DNA of 64,000 nt, from contig CM126203.1 of assembly GCA_052327205.1 (NCBI GenBank), forward strand, positions 303,428,001 to 303,492,000, read 5' to 3'. Source of the stretch: Somniosus microcephalus (taxonomy: Eukaryota). This document shows positions 60,799-64,000 of this stretch, in pieces. The notes under the pieces are model-generated. The model made no database searches. It saw only the letters and a program-made list of their open reading frames with translations, and had not been told where the DNA came from. Within the stretch, counting starts at the first letter, position 1, and the number at the start of each line of letters is the position of its first letter. The position numbers and the translations under genes are program-made.

Positions 60799-62189
60799 TC
60801 TGTACGACTGGTTGGGAAGCCTGCAGAGGTTGAAAAGCTTGCTGGCCACTTTAAAAGCACCACGAATGATGACATCATACTGTGGGGCTTTCTGACTGGA
60901 AATGGACAATTAGCAAGGGTGTCCACACGCTGGAAATAAATTGGCCAATTGAGGGTAAATTGCGTGCAGCTGGCTGACCCATTTAGATTCGGGTCGGAAC
61001 CCGACATTCGGGGAACCCGACAATTTCCCGCACCTTTGGGAAAATTGGGGCCATAGCGTTTTTACAAATGATCACAAAAGTAGTAACTGGCATCCAGTTC
61101 AAAGAAAATTGCAAATGAGCTGAGCATAGCTCTCTATAACATGCGGGGTGATGTTAGCAGGCAGCGGGTTCCACCCATCAGATGCAGTCACCAGGAGGCC
61201 CTATCAATTTTCGTGGTCAGGCCTCATTTGAATTAAATCCGTCAGCTGCCAGCATTAATCACGTTCCTTATAGGCAGCTATTGGGAGGGTGGGAAAGCCA
61301 ATGGAAACAAAAATCGGATGAGATGTAAAACGGGCTGCCAACTCGCTATCACCCGTTTTACACATCGCACCAGTTAGTTAGAGGGATCCGCACTGGGTGA
61401 TTCACCGAGCACAAGTGAACAGGAGCAGGTGCAGGTGGAAAAGGCAGCCGAGGAAACAGCTCCACGGAGTGCAAGCTTGTTTTGCTGAAAAGGAGAGAGA
61501 TGCAGACTTTAGGGTCTCGGCCTTTAAAAGAAAGATGCTTTTTGTACACCAGCAATTGCACTGCCTGCCACGGAGCTTCTGCAACATGCTGGAGAGTATG
61601 AAGGAGTCTACTACCAACCTATGTGGGGTTTCGGTGCCTGGCATCAACACTCTGGAGTCATCCATGGAGCACTTCAATGGATACTAGAAACATAGAACAT
61701 AGAAAAACATAGAAAAATAGGAGCAGGAGTAGGCCCTTCGAGCTTGCTCCGTCATTCATGGCTGATCCTCTATCTCAATACCATATTCCCGCTCTCTCCA
61801 CATATCCCTTGATGCCTTTTGTGTCTAGAAATCTATTATACTGCAGCTGGGCCCACCTTGCGAGAGTCTGTGACATCAGTAATACTAGCTCTGAAGGATG
61901 CTCTTAATGGAGCCATACAGGCTCTGGGCTCCGCTATATCTTCCACCTGGGACAAGCTGGGAGAGCGAATGGATGGGGCTTCAGTCAGATCACGTTAGTT
62001 TGTTAATACCCAACAAGAGGCATGTGTATTAACAAACTAACCATAGAGATAACTAGATCTCAGAACATCGGGTCCTTGGAGAAATATAGATCAAACAAAG
62101 AAATAAAATAGTAGCACAACCTAAATTTTGTTCATTTTGTTTCAATATCAGGGTCAGGTACAATGCCAAAAGTAATAATGAGCCTTTCT

Positions 62190-63315
62190 CATTTGATACT
62201 TTCAAAGGCCTTCAATAAGGTACCACATAGTAGAACATGACTAAGGTCAGAACATGTGGAATCCGAAGACAGGAAGCAGAATGGGAAAGCAAGCTGGCTA
62301 CAAAACAGAAAACGGAGAATAGTGGTTAAAGACAGTTACTCAGACTGGCAAAAGGCAGGAAGTGGTGTTCCACAAGGATCAGTACTGGGACCACTGTTGT
62401 TCACATTTACATAAACGATTTGGACTCGGGAATTGGAAGTACAATTTCAAGATTTGCGGATGTCACCAAATTGGAGAGGGTATAGTTAACACAGAGGTAG
62501 ATTGTGATAAAATACAAGTAGACGTTAATAAACTTGCAGAATGGGCATGTAACTGGAAAATTCAATATAGATAAGTGTGAGGTGGTGCATTTTGGTAGGA
62601 GGACTAAGGAGGCCACATACTTGGAAAATAAGACTCTAAATGGGATAGAGGAGCAAAGGGATCTAGGAGTACAGATACACAGATCATTAAAAGTAGTAAC
62701 ACAGGTAAATAAGGCCATAAAAATGCAAACAAAGTACTGGGGTTAATTTCTAGAGGAATAGAATTGAAAAGCAGAAAAATTATGCTAAAACTATATAGAA
62801 CCTTGGTTTGATCACACTTAGAATACTGTGACAGTTCTGGTCTCTATTATAAAAGGACATAGAGGCACTGGAGAAGGTGCAAAAAAGCTTTACAAGGATG
62901 ATACCAGAACTGAGAGGTTAGAACGACTAGGAAAGATTAAACAGGCTGGGGCACTCTTCTCTAGAAAAGAGAAGGCTGAGTGGTGACCTGATAGAGGTCT
63001 TTATAATTATGAAGGGGTTTGATAGGGTACACGTAGAGAAGATATTTCCACTTGTCGGTGAGTCCAAACCTGGGGTCATAAATATAAGATATTCACTAAT
63101 AAATCCATTAGAAGTTCAGAAAAACTTGCTACCACATGGAGTAGTTGAGGCAAATAGCATAGGTGCATTTAAAGAGAAGCTAGATAAGTGTATGATGGAG
63201 AAGGATATGCTGACAGGGTTAGATGAAGAAGAGTAGGAGATATCTCGTGTGGAGCATAGACCAATTGGGCCGAATGACCTGTTTCTGTGCTGTAAATTCT
63301 ATATAATTCTTTGTA
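62190..63315 (+). mobile_element. CR1 LINE 3' fragment
   Basis: SGVPQGSVLGP, FNIDKCEVVHFG and a CR1-type 3' tail. Confidence 0.8.
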
Positions 63316-63530
63316 ATCTGGAGTTAAGTGTAATGTCATAATAAGTACCTCTCTTTTGACAAAGATCATCTACAATTGGGAAAATGAGTGAGACCATGGG
63401 ATATTCCCACTGTCATTGAGTTTTTCCATTGAAGCAGATCCCAATGAGACCTAACTGAAACTGAAGGATTACTTTTTGATACTAAAAGTACACTAATTGA
63501 AAAAAGCAAGTTGTTTGTTGCGGACATTTA

Positions 63531-64000
63531 GGCTGGAATTTTCTGTACCTGGGCGGGTTGGGTGCGGGCGGTCGGCGTGGTGGGTCGCGACCCCGTTGCT
63601 GCTTCCATCCCGCTGCAGAAAGCGACTTTCCGATAATGGGGCCTATTAAGCCCGCCCTGCGCGTTATCTGGCCCAATTAAATTGTGCAGGTCTAATGATA
63701 TCTTCCATGATGCGTTTTCAGCCGGTATATTTAAAGGAGCCATAGCCACTTTGCATTTGAAGGTTCATCTAGGACTGTACAGACAGCACACTGGAGGTAT
63801 TGATTGCTCCAAGCAGTTGGAGAGATGGCTGCTCAGAGGCAGAGGACTGCACCCAGGCTCTCCGATGACTCCCTCCATATCCTTGTGGAGGGAATCAGAG
63901 CACACAGGGAGGTCCTCTTCCCTTCCAATGGGTGGAAGAGACCTCCTCAGGAGACAAAAAGAGCCTGGCTCCAAATTATAGAGGAGGCCAACAGCAGGGA
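63531..64000 (+). mobile_element. Start of a second Harbinger element with Myb/SANT ORF from 63825
   Basis: TTA followed by TIR-like GGCTGGAATTTT. MAAQRQRTAPRLSDDSLHILVEGIRAHREVLFPS..KRPPQETKRAW is homologous to the first Myb exon near 60540-60798. Confidence 0.8.

Larger units (their letters stand above)
55221..61052. mobile_element. PIF/Harbinger DNA transposon with two convergent genes, in aqp3 intron 3
   Basis: TIRs GGCCCCGATTTTCC / GGAAAATTGGGGCC. DDE transposase on +, Myb/SANT-like gene on -. TSD not clean. Confidence 0.9.

Noticed and set aside
54842-64000. Exon 4 of downstream aqp3
   Set aside because: No TAGIFATYP-like exon seen; presumably beyond the window

Overview
Vertebrate genomic DNA, most likely a cartilaginous fish (HE1/V-SINE and DeuSINE/SacSINE1-type SINEs, CR1 LINEs). 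The only host genes are two tandem, same-strand aquaglyceroporin AQP3-type genes. The upstream copy contributes exons 5-6 (783-1000, 3095-3269). The downstream copy contributes exons 1-3 (36902-37009, 51688-51814, 54704-54841). Coding exons 1, 2, 3 and 5 have the sizes and phases of mammalian AQP3. The rest is mostly transposons: four full-length Gypsy LTR elements (one intact with identical LTRs, one nested in another), two solo LTRs, Neptune-type Penelope elements carrying minimal hammerhead ribozymes, a two-gene PIF/Harbinger element plus the start of a second, CR1/L2/RTE LINE fragments, SINEs and MITEs. Three signals stand out. (1) Two related Gypsy elements lack a tRNA primer-binding site and instead carry a co-varying 13-nt sequence complementary to the AATAAA region of their own LTR, suggesting self-priming and/or masking of the 5' polyA signal. 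(2) The Penelope hammerheads have a compensatory U3-A8 core, one of them in a circularly permuted element. (3) The upstream AQP3 has unusual loop-E substitutions. All alignments and counts were done by eye.
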